From a virus: 64,000 bases of DNA. The position numbers and the translations under genes are program-made. The number at the start of each line of letters is the position of its first letter. Within the stretch, counting starts at the first letter, position 1. Where the stretch lies: positions 36,908-100,907 of IMG/VR virus record IMGVR_UViG_3300033145_000692; one strand, 5' to 3'. Below the pieces are notes generated by a model, which saw only the letters and a program-made list of their open reading frames with translations, was not told where the DNA came from and searched no databases. Below are positions 1 through 8,984 of this stretch, in pieces.

Positions 1-811
1 ACCGGAAGGGACTCTCGCCGCTGCTTCTGAATTCATATTCTGGTGCATGTTTCTTGATATCCTTTTTGATCTCAGCATCACTCAGGTAACCTGCTGCCCA
101 TGCCATCAGACGAGGTGGGAGCCCATTGATACCAGCGTTCAACATCACCGCTGCCATCTTACTCAACTGCGCTTTGGTTTTCTTATACCGAAACTTTCTG
201 GTGACAGGTACCCCACGGCGGGTCTTTTTTCCAGCCTTCTTCTCCTTGAACTTGATGATCTTATCAGCGGCGGCAACTTGCTTGTCTTCTGGTAGCTGAC
301 AGATCGCTTCGATATTCACTGCCGACAACAAGCCAAGTGCTGCCTTTATCTGCACCTTCTCAGGAAGCTTCAATAGACGAAGACGGATATGAACCCATCT
401 GGTTGGTCTCTTCAACTCCTTTGAAGCTGAACGAAGTGGTACCCCCTCTGGATAGAGTGCCTCGACTGCCTTTGCTTCCTCAAGCATGTTGAGGTCTTTA
501 CGCTCCAGATTCTCAGTGAGGTTGAGCAGTCTCGCCTGGTGCTCATCCAAACCTTTGAAGACAATCGCTGGAATAGTTTCCCACCTCAACAAGGACTCTA
601 CCGCTTTGAATCGCCGGTGCCCAGCCAACAATCTGAATCGCCCTTCCCACGGTTGGACGGCTATGGGGAACTGCAAACCGATCTCTTTGATTGAGTCTGC
701 CAGTTCAATAATTGACTGAATCGTGAAAGCACCTCGACAGTTGAAACGCTCATCATATAGGATATCCTCAAGAGGAATCTCATAGGCATCATACTGTTCA
801 AGGCGCTTCAT
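1..811 (-). CDS. ParB/Spo0J-family protein (runs off the left edge; not in ORF track)
   Basis: Manual translation from ATG 811: MKRLEQYDAYEIPLEDI...ELADSIKEIGLQFPIAV...RFRLLAGHRRFKA...LTENLERKDLNMLEEA, giving ParB N-domain GxRR and ENLxRxDL motifs followed by an HTH. The frame is open to position 2. Confidence 0.9.
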   Translation of the reverse strand, partial: MKRLEQYDAYEIPLEDILYDERFNCRGAFTIQSIIELADSIKEIGLQFPIAVQPWEGRFRLLAGHRRFKAVESLLRWETIPAIVFKGLDEHQARLLNLTENLERKDLNMLEEAKAVEALYPEGVPLRSASKELKRPTRWVHIRLRLLKLPEKVQIKAALGLLSAVNIEAICQLPEDKQVAAADKIIKFKEKKAGKKTRRGVPVTRKFRYKKTKAQLSKMAAVMLNAGINGLPPRLMAWAAGYLSDAEIKKDIKKHAPEYEFRSSGESPFR

Positions 812-813
812 GT

Positions 814-1437
814 CTACGTCCACATATACTGTCTCACGGCAGCCAGACGTTGGAGCATCTCATCAGACTGATCCTCCATATTCTGTTCCAACTCACTGGC
901 TTCCTTTGTCAACGCGCGGTACTTGTCTTCCTGTCCATCTGTTTCAAAATGGAAGACCATCTGTCGGAGATTATTTTGAGGAGGATCAAGTTCCCTATGG
1001 TCGATCAAAGGTGAACACTCGCGGATGAGTTTCCAGATATTGTTGGTGGCTTCCTGGTACTCTTTCTGGTAGGTGATGTTCCACCAGTCCCAGATTTCCT
1101 TCATCTCATCCATGACATACTTGCCACCAATCTTCTTGGGACCTTCCTCACCAAACCAGAGGACATGTCCAGGTGAGCATTCATTCTCAATGAACTGCCC
1201 AAGAATCTCCATTGACATGTGCAGCAGAAGTTCCCGGCGATCACACCAAGAATGACAAAGCGTTCGTGGCTTGACCGTGGAGTATCTGTTCCAACAGAAA
1301 TTCTTTACCCACTGCCATATCGGACCAAGTCTGTAATCGTATGGAATCCGATAGTACACATCCATGACCTTGTCTTCTAAGGTCTCAGTCATCTGTCTAA
1401 CCTTGGTCTTAATCACGTCAATCTCCAAAAAAATCAT
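814..1437 (-). CDS. Hypothetical phage protein
   Basis: ORF of about 207 aa with GGAG RBS before MIFLE, ending in a Trp-rich LAAVRQYMWT and abutting the ParB start. Confidence 0.7.
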   Translation of the reverse strand: MIFLEIDVIKTKVRQMTETLEDKVMDVYYRIPYDYRLGPIWQWVKNFCWNRYSTVKPRTLCHSWCDRRELLLHMSMEILGQFIENECSPGHVLWFGEEGPKKIGGKYVMDEMKEIWDWWNITYQKEYQEATNNIWKLIRECSPLIDHRELDPPQNNLRQMVFHFETDGQEDKYRALTKEASELEQNMEDQSDEMLQRLAAVRQYMWT

Positions 1438-1467
1438 GTCAATCTCCAAAGTGTTGTGTTACACAAG

Positions 1468-1540
1468 CTGTAGTGGCAGGACTTGAACCTGCAACCCTCT
1501 CCTTAACAGGGAGTTGCTCTACCAATTGAGCTACACTACA
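1468..1540 (-). tRNA. tRNA-Asn(GTT)
   Basis: TGTAGTG TA GCTC AATTGGTA GAGC A ACTCC CT-GTT-AA GGAGA GGGTT GCAGG TTCAAGT CCTGC CACTACA G. Full cloverleaf, CCA not encoded. Confidence 0.92.
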
Positions 1541-1800
1541 ATAGTTCTCCTCGGAAACGCCCAATACCTGAGCATCACCGAGATGCAGATCAGGTTGAGG
1601 ATGTAGTTCGTCAACAACCATGGCACCGCTCCAAACTCTCCGATGGTGGCTATAACGTAGCAAACCTCACCGGTGAACCAGAGCAACAACGTCCAGATGG
1701 ATAGACCACGTGCGTGTCCTTGGCAGTAGCATTGGACAGCTTGTGGCATCCCACTAAAGGCTAAACACAGAGAACCTATCCATCCGATCGCTGTTATCAC
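1531..1800 (-). CDS. PQ-loop / SemiSWEET-type 3-TM transporter
   Basis: IGWIG...FSGMPQ...GLS...WLLTNY, with three hydrophobic helices and the PQ motif. Confidence 0.8.
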   Translation of the reverse strand: MITAIGWIGSLCLAFSGMPQAVQCYCQGHARGLSIWTLLLWFTGEVCYVIATIGEFGAVPWLLTNYILNLICISVMLRYWAFPRRTIVV

Positions 1801-1802
1801 AA

Positions 1803-1979
1803 CTACTCTCCTAAGGTGATCGGTTCGTCACCGGGTTGCTTGCGAAGGTCTTCCGCAAAGGAATGAGCACTTCGACACACTGGTGTGCCTGACACCTTTC
1901 CTGGGTTATCACGATGAGTCTCAGTAGACCCACCATACATGTCGTCAAAGTCGAGTTTCTTGTCGCCGTCATCAGCCAT
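1803..1979 (-). CDS. Small hypothetical protein (58 aa, MADDGDKKLDFDDMYGG...)
   Basis: Manually translated. Fills the gap between neighbours and has GAGG upstream. Confidence 0.55.
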   Translation of the reverse strand: MADDGDKKLDFDDMYGGSTETHRDNPGKVSGTPVCRSAHSFAEDLRKQPGDEPITLGE

Positions 1980-1981
1980 GG

Positions 1982-3289
1982 TTATACCTCAATCAGGTAA
2001 CGTTGTGGTCCAAGAGCTTCCCGTTCCGCATCCTTTAGTCGGATGTCCATTCGCCAGGTGATACCGTACTTTGGGTTTACACCGTGACACCACTGGAATG
2101 GGTCCGAGTAAGCAGACAAGCTTTCGTAGGCGTATGCATCCGTTGCCAACCATGGTCCATTCATGATCATTTCGGTGTCAAGACTTCCAACCATACCCTT
2201 TTGATGGAAGTGCCCAACACAATAGTAGCGAATGCGTGGACCCTCCTGTAACGGGGCAAGACCTTGCAGTCTCATCTGACGCCGCTGGAGCCCATACCAT
2301 GGAATTCCGAGCGCGGAACGGATATCATCGCCGTGTGTGATGTTGAAGCCGACGCCATTGATATCGAGATTGACACTGAAGCTGTTCGGAATCAGGAAAT
2401 TGACATTCTCGATGTCCTCACAGTAGATGGAAGCAAACTTGGCAACCAGGAAATCCCAATTGTTCTGAGCCCCATGGTAGTCCTTCTTTTGTGAACGTCT
2501 GCCGTGGTTACCTGGGACATAAACTACGTTGACAACCGGGAAGTGCGCCGCCAGGTCACGGTACATCAGGGAGTGTAGCTTACCAATTGCAAGGCAGTTT
2601 TGCATCATGTTCCGGTAGTAGGAACGTTCGGCGGCTCCGTGAATCTCGCCACTGGTGAAATCACCATAAGCCAACACGTTCAACACTGGGAAACTGAACC
2701 GGCTTGACAATGTGTCCTGTGTCCATTGGATCGTCGAGTCGACAAGACGCTCAGCACGACAACAACTGATCGGAAAATCATACCGCTCCAATCCACCACA
2801 TTCGGTCGGATCAACTATCTGATCGTGGTGACCATCAGAGAGATGGAGTACAACATGTTCTTCAATCAAACCTGCCTTTTTGGTGTACTTCCGCGCCATG
2901 GGAAGTGGTTTGATCGGAATGACCTTGTCAGTCAAGACCTCAGCCATCGAAGTGAAAAGTCCCTCAGTCTTCGCATTGGACTTAGCTTGCTTCCTCGCAC
3001 GGTTTCGTTCGTCTGTCAGGTGAACGACTTTACCTTCCAACTCTTGTATGCGTCTGTCGGTGGGATCGTGATCCTTGGCAGGTTTGTGCTGTCCACCAGC
3101 TTGTTTAGGTGCCGGGGCACCATTGGGCCATTCAATATCTTTGTAAAGCCGTCCCGTAGCAATGTCACTGACGAGAGACCGACTGATGCCATACCTCTTG
3201 GCAATACCAGTCTGTTTCATCCCATTAGTAATTTCTTTCTTAACTTCCATGGCTAGACTATCCGAAAGTATCCGTTTGTTTTTGTCCAT
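1982..3289 (-). CDS. N-terminal HTH + calcineurin-like metallophosphoesterase/nuclease
   Basis: HTH (QTGIAKRYGISRSLVSDI), coiled coil, then SDGH, GDFTSG, PGNHGR, THGD and GHFH motifs. GGAGG RBS before MDKNK. Confidence 0.8.
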   Translation of the reverse strand: MDKNKRILSDSLAMEVKKEITNGMKQTGIAKRYGISRSLVSDIATGRLYKDIEWPNGAPAPKQAGGQHKPAKDHDPTDRRIQELEGKVVHLTDERNRARKQAKSNAKTEGLFTSMAEVLTDKVIPIKPLPMARKYTKKAGLIEEHVVLHLSDGHHDQIVDPTECGGLERYDFPISCCRAERLVDSTIQWTQDTLSSRFSFPVLNVLAYGDFTSGEIHGAAERSYYRNMMQNCLAIGKLHSLMYRDLAAHFPVVNVVYVPGNHGRRSQKKDYHGAQNNWDFLVAKFASIYCEDIENVNFLIPNSFSVNLDINGVGFNITHGDDIRSALGIPWYGLQRRQMRLQGLAPLQEGPRIRYYCVGHFHQKGMVGSLDTEMIMNGPWLATDAYAYESLSAYSDPFQWCHGVNPKYGITWRMDIRLKDAEREALGPQRYLIEV

Positions 3290-3354
3290 GTTTCGTCCTC
3301 CGTTAAGACAGCCCATAGGATTCACCTACAGGCTGTCGGTGTCATTGTCGTTTG

Positions 3355-4446
3355 TCAAATTGATGGGAGATGGTCGTATACCGGCCCTGATTGGATTTCG
3401 ATCTCAATAATCCCGCTTTCAATAGGGTCAATCACCTCGATGATATTCCCGTCAGCGTCTCGGATGATTACCGTCCCGTCATCTTCGATTGTGATGTTCT
3501 CAGTGTCGTCGATTACAGGTGGGTCAAGCGGTGGCATAGGTGGTGCTATGGTAGGAATCTCTTGCAACACAACACCAAGCAAATCCTGAATCATTTCGAG
3601 AAGCTCATCCAAATCCACTTCGATAATCACCACCTCAGGCTCAGGGGGTAGTTCACCCCATACCTCATCTAGGTCTCCGGTGTCACGATCCTCAACAATG
3701 CGGTTGTACATGTCACCACGCCACGGAACGATCTTGTCTGGTAGAGGTACTTCACGGTCGAACGCCCACATGCAATCATGAATCTTCGACCAATGGTAGA
3801 TGGCTCGCGTTGTCTCAATTACAGTAAGGCGAGGAGCACTACCCATAACCAGAAGTCCCACAATGTCATAGGTATCCTCGTCTACAACGGGACCTCCGGA
3901 GCAACCAGGGTAAGCCGTGATGTCGACGTTGTCGAGCCAACGGGGTACGAGTACCATACGAGAATCGTTAAACAGGCGATCTACAAAGGAAACTTGCCCG
4001 AAGGACACCAGACGTTCATTCAATTTATCAAAAGGTGTCCCACAGTGAACCACCCTTTGACCAACCTTTATCTGATTGAAGCCTCGATAGAACCTGGTGG
4101 TACCATCAAATTCACCGCCGCTGACCACTTCCAACAATGCACAATCGGCTGCAAGCATCTCATCACTTGATCTAAGTACACGGGCAACAGCACGTTTATC
4201 CCCTTGGATCACGTCGATGTCACTGAAGGTACCATTGCGATTCATGAAGGTATTGGCTACATGAGCAGCAGTCCAGATGAAAGTAGTCACCCGGTCCCCA
4301 TCCGTTCGGGTAAAGAGTACCCCGGAGCCGTGTCCACTCCCATCAGTGAGAACGACCGTATTCTCCTGCAACTGTTCTGGGGCAGTTAGTTCTGCAAAGC
4401 ACGGCGTGCTCGCGAACATCAGTATCAAGACAAACAAGTACTTCAT
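3355..4446 (-). CDS. Exported trypsin-like serine protease with acidic/Pro-rich C-terminus
   Basis: Signal peptide MKYLFVLILMFASTPCFA; catalytic motifs TAAH, DCALL and GCSGGP. Confidence 0.85.
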   Translation of the reverse strand: MKYLFVLILMFASTPCFAELTAPEQLQENTVVLTDGSGHGSGVLFTRTDGDRVTTFIWTAAHVANTFMNRNGTFSDIDVIQGDKRAVARVLRSSDEMLAADCALLEVVSGGEFDGTTRFYRGFNQIKVGQRVVHCGTPFDKLNERLVSFGQVSFVDRLFNDSRMVLVPRWLDNVDITAYPGCSGGPVVDEDTYDIVGLLVMGSAPRLTVIETTRAIYHWSKIHDCMWAFDREVPLPDKIVPWRGDMYNRIVEDRDTGDLDEVWGELPPEPEVVIIEVDLDELLEMIQDLLGVVLQEIPTIAPPMPPLDPPVIDDTENITIEDDGTVIIRDADGNIIEVIDPIESGIIEIEIQSGPVYDHLPSI

Positions 4447-4465
4447 CGTGTTCTCCATTGGAAGT

Positions 4466-4774
4466 TTAGTATGTGTCCCAATCAATGGTTTCAAGTGGGA
4501 CGTCCAAGTCGATCTCGACATCGAGATCAGAATCATCAAGTGATGGAAAGTACTCTAGAAAACTTTCGGCTACGATGTAAACCATCACTTCCACATCTCT
4601 CTCGCTGATGGCTTCGATGATGGCAATGTTGTCATACTGCTCGTATGCCATAGCGTACTCATCGAAGCCTTCCAAACCAACATTCAACGCCTTCCGTAGT
4701 TGGGTGTAGGGGTTGTCAAGTTGTGAAATCCACTCTTGACTGAACGTCAAATAGAGTCGTATCCTTGACATCAT
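4466..4774 (-). CDS. Acidic hypothetical protein
   Basis: ATG overlaps the helicase stop (ATGA); very acidic C-terminus. Confidence 0.6.
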   Translation of the reverse strand: MMSRIRLYLTFSQEWISQLDNPYTQLRKALNVGLEGFDEYAMAYEQYDNIAIIEAISERDVEVMVYIVAESFLEYFPSLDDSDLDVEIDLDVPLETIDWDTY

Positions 4775-7764
4775 GTTACTTCCCCTTCCATACCAGTTTC
4801 CCAATCAATGCCACTAGTGATCTTACCCATGGTCATCAATTCGAGCTTACGGTTTTCCCTGATGATGTCGACCACACGTTCATCTGTTGGCAGATGGATG
4901 AGGTCGACGATAACACACCCAAGATTTTCATCCATACCCTTACGGTGAATCCTGTCTTCACTTTGGACACGGTACTCACCTTTGAACGAATTCGACCAAT
5001 AGACTGCCATCCGTGCCTCGCATAAGGTCAGAGACATACCACCCGATTCTGGATGGGCAACAAAAGCGACTCTCGGATTGTTCTCCAAATCACCCCAGAA
5101 ATCTAGAGCTTCCACCTCGGTGATGGTGGTTCCGTCCTCCAATGTTACTTGGAAACCACGTCCATCACATCTCACTACTGCCCAGCCATCATTATGGCAG
5201 ATGCGGACACAGCGATCAACACTCCCTGTGAAACCTGCAAAGATCACGATCCTTCCAGTCTCTTCACACTCCTCAAGAAGACTTCGGAGAGCGGGTTCCT
5301 TCGGGCAGGCTACTTCTCTGATGATCCGTTTGGTCTTCTTCATCTGTCCAGAGCCTTTACACTTTGGACATTTGACCCGCCTCTTCTCCAGCTTCGATAC
5401 CAACTCCTCGGACAGCAAGCTGATATCCTGGTAGACCTTGTGCTCAATCTCAGGATTGAACCATTCGTCAACCTCCCCGCAAGCATTCTCACAATGGTTG
5501 CAGGCTTTGGTACCATCCTCAATGTCACGGTACTGGAATCCGTCGGACAACTCCCTGAGAAGAGTCATGCCGATCATGGCGTTCTGCGCCGACTCGATGA
5601 TAGTCTTGCCGACCCTCAGTAGTGAAGCCTTGGGCTTGCACATCACCTTCCGGTAACGCTTATCTGGGAGTGTGAGGCAATCCTTCTTATGCTTGATCAG
5701 TGCAAGACCCTTGAGCCTCTCGAACATGTAGGCGACTTCGTTCTTAGTTGGCACGAACTTGTGGTACTCATAGTTGTCATCAGATAGTGCAAGCATCGGA
5801 TCAGGATCATGTGGACCATCTTCATAGAGGTCCCCACATGTGTTGCACTTATCATCGTTGTCCCGCCAACCATAAGTCTTCCAAAAGGTGCCAGTATCGA
5901 AAGTCTTTTGGACTTGGAAGGCAAGTCTCTTCTCTAGGGCTTTCACACTACCCTCTTTCAAATAACCTGGCCAAGCAATCTCGGCTTGACTCCACCAATC
6001 AGTCGGACGTTTTGGGGATGGCGTCCCAGACATGAGGATTACGTATCCGCTCCACATGTACTTGGAGCGAATCAAATCGGCTAGCATCAGAGCCGCCTTT
6101 GACCTCTGACTGGATGGAGTCTTACATCGTGAAGACTCATCGAAGATGACGCCATTTGGTACCGGATCACCTGGACTCCTCTCGTCCATGATTCTCACGA
6201 GTCGCTCGTAAGTCATGAAATCAACAGTGGCACAGGTTTCGTCAAAACCCCACTTCTTGAACTCGCGTTGGATGTTCGGAAGGGATGTCTTCGGACCCAC
6301 CCAATACCAGTGTGGGACGTTGGCTCGCTCGATCACTTCCTGTGCAGATAGGGTGTTGTGAGTCACAATGAACTCATCCGTGACATACAACTGATTGTCT
6401 GCTTCAACGGCGATACAGATACACTCCTCTTCGCCTATTGACTCGACAGTCGTGATGGCGCGCGTCGGTTCATACTTTGTGGGTACCACATACGTATCCA
6501 GCTTCCGGCTCAACTTGAAAGGTTGAATTGAAGAGTGGAATGAAGCAATGATGGTGTACGCCAACCGACCCTTCAACTTTTTACCTTTGTAGGTATACGT
6601 TGGGATTTTCTCAGTGGTGTTACAGGTTCCACCAAGGGATTGAACGAGTGTCACAAACACATCGCGTAGCTCGGGCGCAGTTGTTGAGAATTCAACGCAA
6701 CCGGATTTTGGTGCATGTCCATCCGAATCACATAACCCTTGTAAAAGTTCAATACGTTTCTGAACTGTATTGAACAAATACCCATCAGGTAGAAACTTTT
6801 CAAATGACCGGCAACCCTTCAAACCAGATCGCTTGATGAAATTGTTGACTGTAACGTCCTTGATACCATAAGTCATACAACGATACCATCTGAGGGGGGT
6901 ATCCATCAATAAGTTCAGGCGCTTAACAGTCTCGTCATCTGGTATCGAAACTCTCATTGGTGCTGATTGAGTCAAACATCCGTTACCTAAAATATATCCC
7001 AACAGATATGGTGGAATCTCAGAAGGGACATCACCATACTCGACAGGAACAACCATCGGAATGTAATGTTTGTTGTGCCCGCATGGTTGTTGAAGCCCTC
7101 GTGAAATAATTTCCTGTAATTCCAAAGTCTCATAAGGTAGACCTCGAAACTTTCGACTCGTTGTCCGAACATTCCAGAGGTGGTCTCCACCACAGACTGT
7201 TGATGAACCATCAGTAAAAGTCACACGGAACATTTCCATTTTACCACGAGGAAACACACCTTTAACCCGGGTCGTACCACCATCTGGATTGATAACCTCA
7301 TCACCAACTTTTACGTCACCAAATGTAGTCCAACCGGTGGGAGTAGCTATTTTAGTGTATTTACACTGAGCCTTGCCGGTGCCCATTTCGGCGCCAAAAA
7401 TCTGGAAATGGTAGGTCAGACCGTGATCGGTCATGTCCTTCTGGTGTTCCATCAATGGGCGCTCATACGAGTGGTGTTCAAGTGGTCGGTCAAACCATTC
7501 AAAGACATTCTCGCCCATCAGATAGTGGAGATTGAACTGATTCCTGAAGCTGTCATCAATCGACCAAATCTTCTTTGGTTTCTTATCATAGCCATGCCAC
7601 TTGGCACCAGCGAATGCCTTAATCTCATCCTTAAAGGCGAACGCCGACTTCAAGAAGAAGATTCGATCGTCCTTGAACTCCAAGGTTGCAGGGCTGCGAA
7701 GTTTGGTACCCTTCTCAGTTCGGTATTCAAGCTTGCATTGTATGATCTTTCTCTCTTCAGACAT
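4771..7764 (-). CDS. SNF2-like superfamily 2 helicase, intein-containing
   Basis: Walker A EMGTGK|T split by an intein; DESS (motif II), SGTP (III), GGMSLTL (V), QSEDRIHR (VI). Confidence 0.9.
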   Translation of the reverse strand: MSEERKIIQCKLEYRTEKGTKLRSPATLEFKDDRIFFLKSAFAFKDEIKAFAGAKWHGYDKKPKKIWSIDDSFRNQFNLHYLMGENVFEWFDRPLEHHSYERPLMEHQKDMTDHGLTYHFQIFGAEMGTGKAQCKYTKIATPTGWTTFGDVKVGDEVINPDGGTTRVKGVFPRGKMEMFRVTFTDGSSTVCGGDHLWNVRTTSRKFRGLPYETLELQEIISRGLQQPCGHNKHYIPMVVPVEYGDVPSEIPPYLLGYILGNGCLTQSAPMRVSIPDDETVKRLNLLMDTPLRWYRCMTYGIKDVTVNNFIKRSGLKGCRSFEKFLPDGYLFNTVQKRIELLQGLCDSDGHAPKSGCVEFSTTAPELRDVFVTLVQSLGGTCNTTEKIPTYTYKGKKLKGRLAYTIIASFHSSIQPFKLSRKLDTYVVPTKYEPTRAITTVESIGEEECICIAVEADNQLYVTDEFIVTHNTLSAQEVIERANVPHWYWVGPKTSLPNIQREFKKWGFDETCATVDFMTYERLVRIMDERSPGDPVPNGVIFDESSRCKTPSSQRSKAALMLADLIRSKYMWSGYVILMSGTPSPKRPTDWWSQAEIAWPGYLKEGSVKALEKRLAFQVQKTFDTGTFWKTYGWRDNDDKCNTCGDLYEDGPHDPDPMLALSDDNYEYHKFVPTKNEVAYMFERLKGLALIKHKKDCLTLPDKRYRKVMCKPKASLLRVGKTIIESAQNAMIGMTLLRELSDGFQYRDIEDGTKACNHCENACGEVDEWFNPEIEHKVYQDISLLSEELVSKLEKRRVKCPKCKGSGQMKKTKRIIREVACPKEPALRSLLEECEETGRIVIFAGFTGSVDRCVRICHNDGWAVVRCDGRGFQVTLEDGTTITEVEALDFWGDLENNPRVAFVAHPESGGMSLTLCEARMAVYWSNSFKGEYRVQSEDRIHRKGMDENLGCVIVDLIHLPTDERVVDIIRENRKLELMTMGKITSGIDWETGMEGEVT
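6355..7371 (-). mobile_element. Class 3 intein (339 aa) with LAGLIDADG homing endonuclease, inserted in the helicase P-loop
   Basis: Starts AQCKY (Ala1). Block B DHLW, block F CICIAV, block G VTHN followed by Thr+1. Endonuclease motifs PYLLGYILGNG and LLQGLCDSDG. Confidence 0.9.
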
Positions 7765-7972
7765 TTTTCTTTCCCCAGATAACTTGATGCCAAATTCTCT
7801 CATGCAAGAAGAAGAAGCCGACCTTAAACGCGAAACAGATGCTTGTCAATTCGATGCTTGTCTTCACACTGTCTGTGTATATGTAAGTAATGAGAAGTGT
7901 TAGAACGAATGAGAACGATTCCCAAGTGAAGCCTTTGAAGACTGAGCGGTGTATACAACTACTGTCTCTCAC
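7757..7972 (-). CDS. DUF2061-like small membrane protein
   Basis: RSVFKGFTW...HERIW pattern; GTG start overlaps the upstream stop. Confidence 0.7.
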   Translation of the reverse strand: MRDSSCIHRSVFKGFTWESFSFVLTLLITYIYTDSVKTSIELTSICFAFKVGFFFLHERIWHQVIWGKKNV

Positions 7973-8487
7973 CGTTGGTCCTCCAGCAAGAGTGTATTGC
8001 CGGGACCTTCCCGCCTCCTACAAGCTGTCCACACATCCAAACAAGCTGCTTCAAAGATCGACAATATCTTGTTAAAGAGTTCACGAACCGCGGGTTGAGC
8101 TTCTATTCGACAACCGGAAAGTACCGCGCGTCTCCACTGTGACAACGACCCACTGATGACTGCTGCTTGAATACCACGTGCCACAGTATCTGCAACTACG
8201 AATGGCATCTTGGAACAACACGTCAACACGTCTAACATCTCTCTGTCATCAATTGCTACGAGTACAGAGAAGGAGACATGGGTTAGTAGGTTGGGTGGCA
8301 GGCTGACAGGTGCATCTTCATCCTGTATTGCAGCCAAGCAACTGAGAAACCGTTCAGTGTCTGTCAACTGCTTGTGTGAAGCATCCGCCCCAGCACTGAT
8401 TGTGTAGCCAAACATCTCGTGTGACATCCCAAGAAACTTGGTGAAGTCGATCGACGGCTGCTGGATCAAAATTGCGTGTGATGGCAT
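7969..8487 (-). CDS. ThyX-like protein, apparently lacking the catalytic motif
   Basis: THVSFSVLV and VISGSLSQWRRAV...AQPAVRELFNKIL resemble ThyX segments; there is no RHRx7S motif. Confidence 0.4.
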   Translation of the reverse strand: MPSHAILIQQPSIDFTKFLGMSHEMFGYTISAGADASHKQLTDTERFLSCLAAIQDEDAPVSLPPNLLTHVSFSVLVAIDDREMLDVLTCCSKMPFVVADTVARGIQAAVISGSLSQWRRAVLSGCRIEAQPAVRELFNKILSIFEAACLDVWTACRRREGPGNTLLLEDQR

Positions 8488-8515
8488 ACCTCACCTTTCT
8501 TTGTCTGTTGTAGAA

Positions 8516-8579
8516 TGAGAAACGGGAGGGAATCGAACCCCCATGGTCACTACTTCCACCACGCCCAGTGCCGTCCTCA
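8516..8579 (-). ncRNA. D-armless tRNA-like element / pseudo-tRNA
   Basis: T-arm GGGGG TTCGATT CCCTC, imperfect acceptor-like stem GAGGACGG/CCGTTTCTC, and a single central stem CACTG/TAGTG. Confidence 0.45.
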
Positions 8580-8581
8580 AA

Positions 8582-8653
8582 TTGTGGAGGGTGGAATCGA
8601 ACCACCGACAATGGGCGTATGGAACCCATGAGATACCACTTCTCAACCCCACA
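8582..8653 (-). tRNA. tRNA-Met(CAT), initiator-like with atypical anticodon arm
   Basis: TGTGGGG TT GAGA AGTGGTA TCTC A TGGGT TC-CAT-AC GCCCA TTGTC GGTGG TTCGATT CCACC CTCCACA A. Confidence 0.8.
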
Positions 8654-8686
8654 ATAACGACGTGGACGTTCCACGCCGTGTAAACG

Positions 8687-8818
8687 CTACGAACCGAGGA
8701 TTGAAAGGATCGCCTCGGTAATCTGGTCACTCCAAGTACCACCACCAATGAGGGCAGCAGCAGCGAGTGCGATAATCCACACCCACTTGTTCTTTGCCAA
8801 TTCCTTGACTTTGTCCAT
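8687..8818 (-). CDS. 43-aa single-TM membrane peptide (MDKVKELAKNKWVWIIALAAAALIGGGTWSDQITEAILSILGS)
   Basis: Manual translation; AAGG upstream; basic N-terminus followed by a hydrophobic helix. Confidence 0.65.
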   Translation of the reverse strand: MDKVKELAKNKWVWIIALAAAALIGGGTWSDQITEAILSILGS

Positions 8819-8984
8819 GATGGACCTTTCGTTGTAAAGAGAAACCACCCCCGACAGTCCCCTTCATCCAGAAACATTGTCTGAATTGAGACCCAAGCAC
8901 ACCTACTGTCAGTTCCTGGGGTCAGTTCCTGGGGTCAGAATTACAATGGGATTTGCCACTGTAACCCGGGTGGCTGGTAAATTG

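Noticed and set aside
8354-8877. ORF-track CDSs 8354..8674 and 8491..8877
   Set aside because: They overlap the tRNA-Met, the tRNA-like element and a better supported 43-aa ORF.
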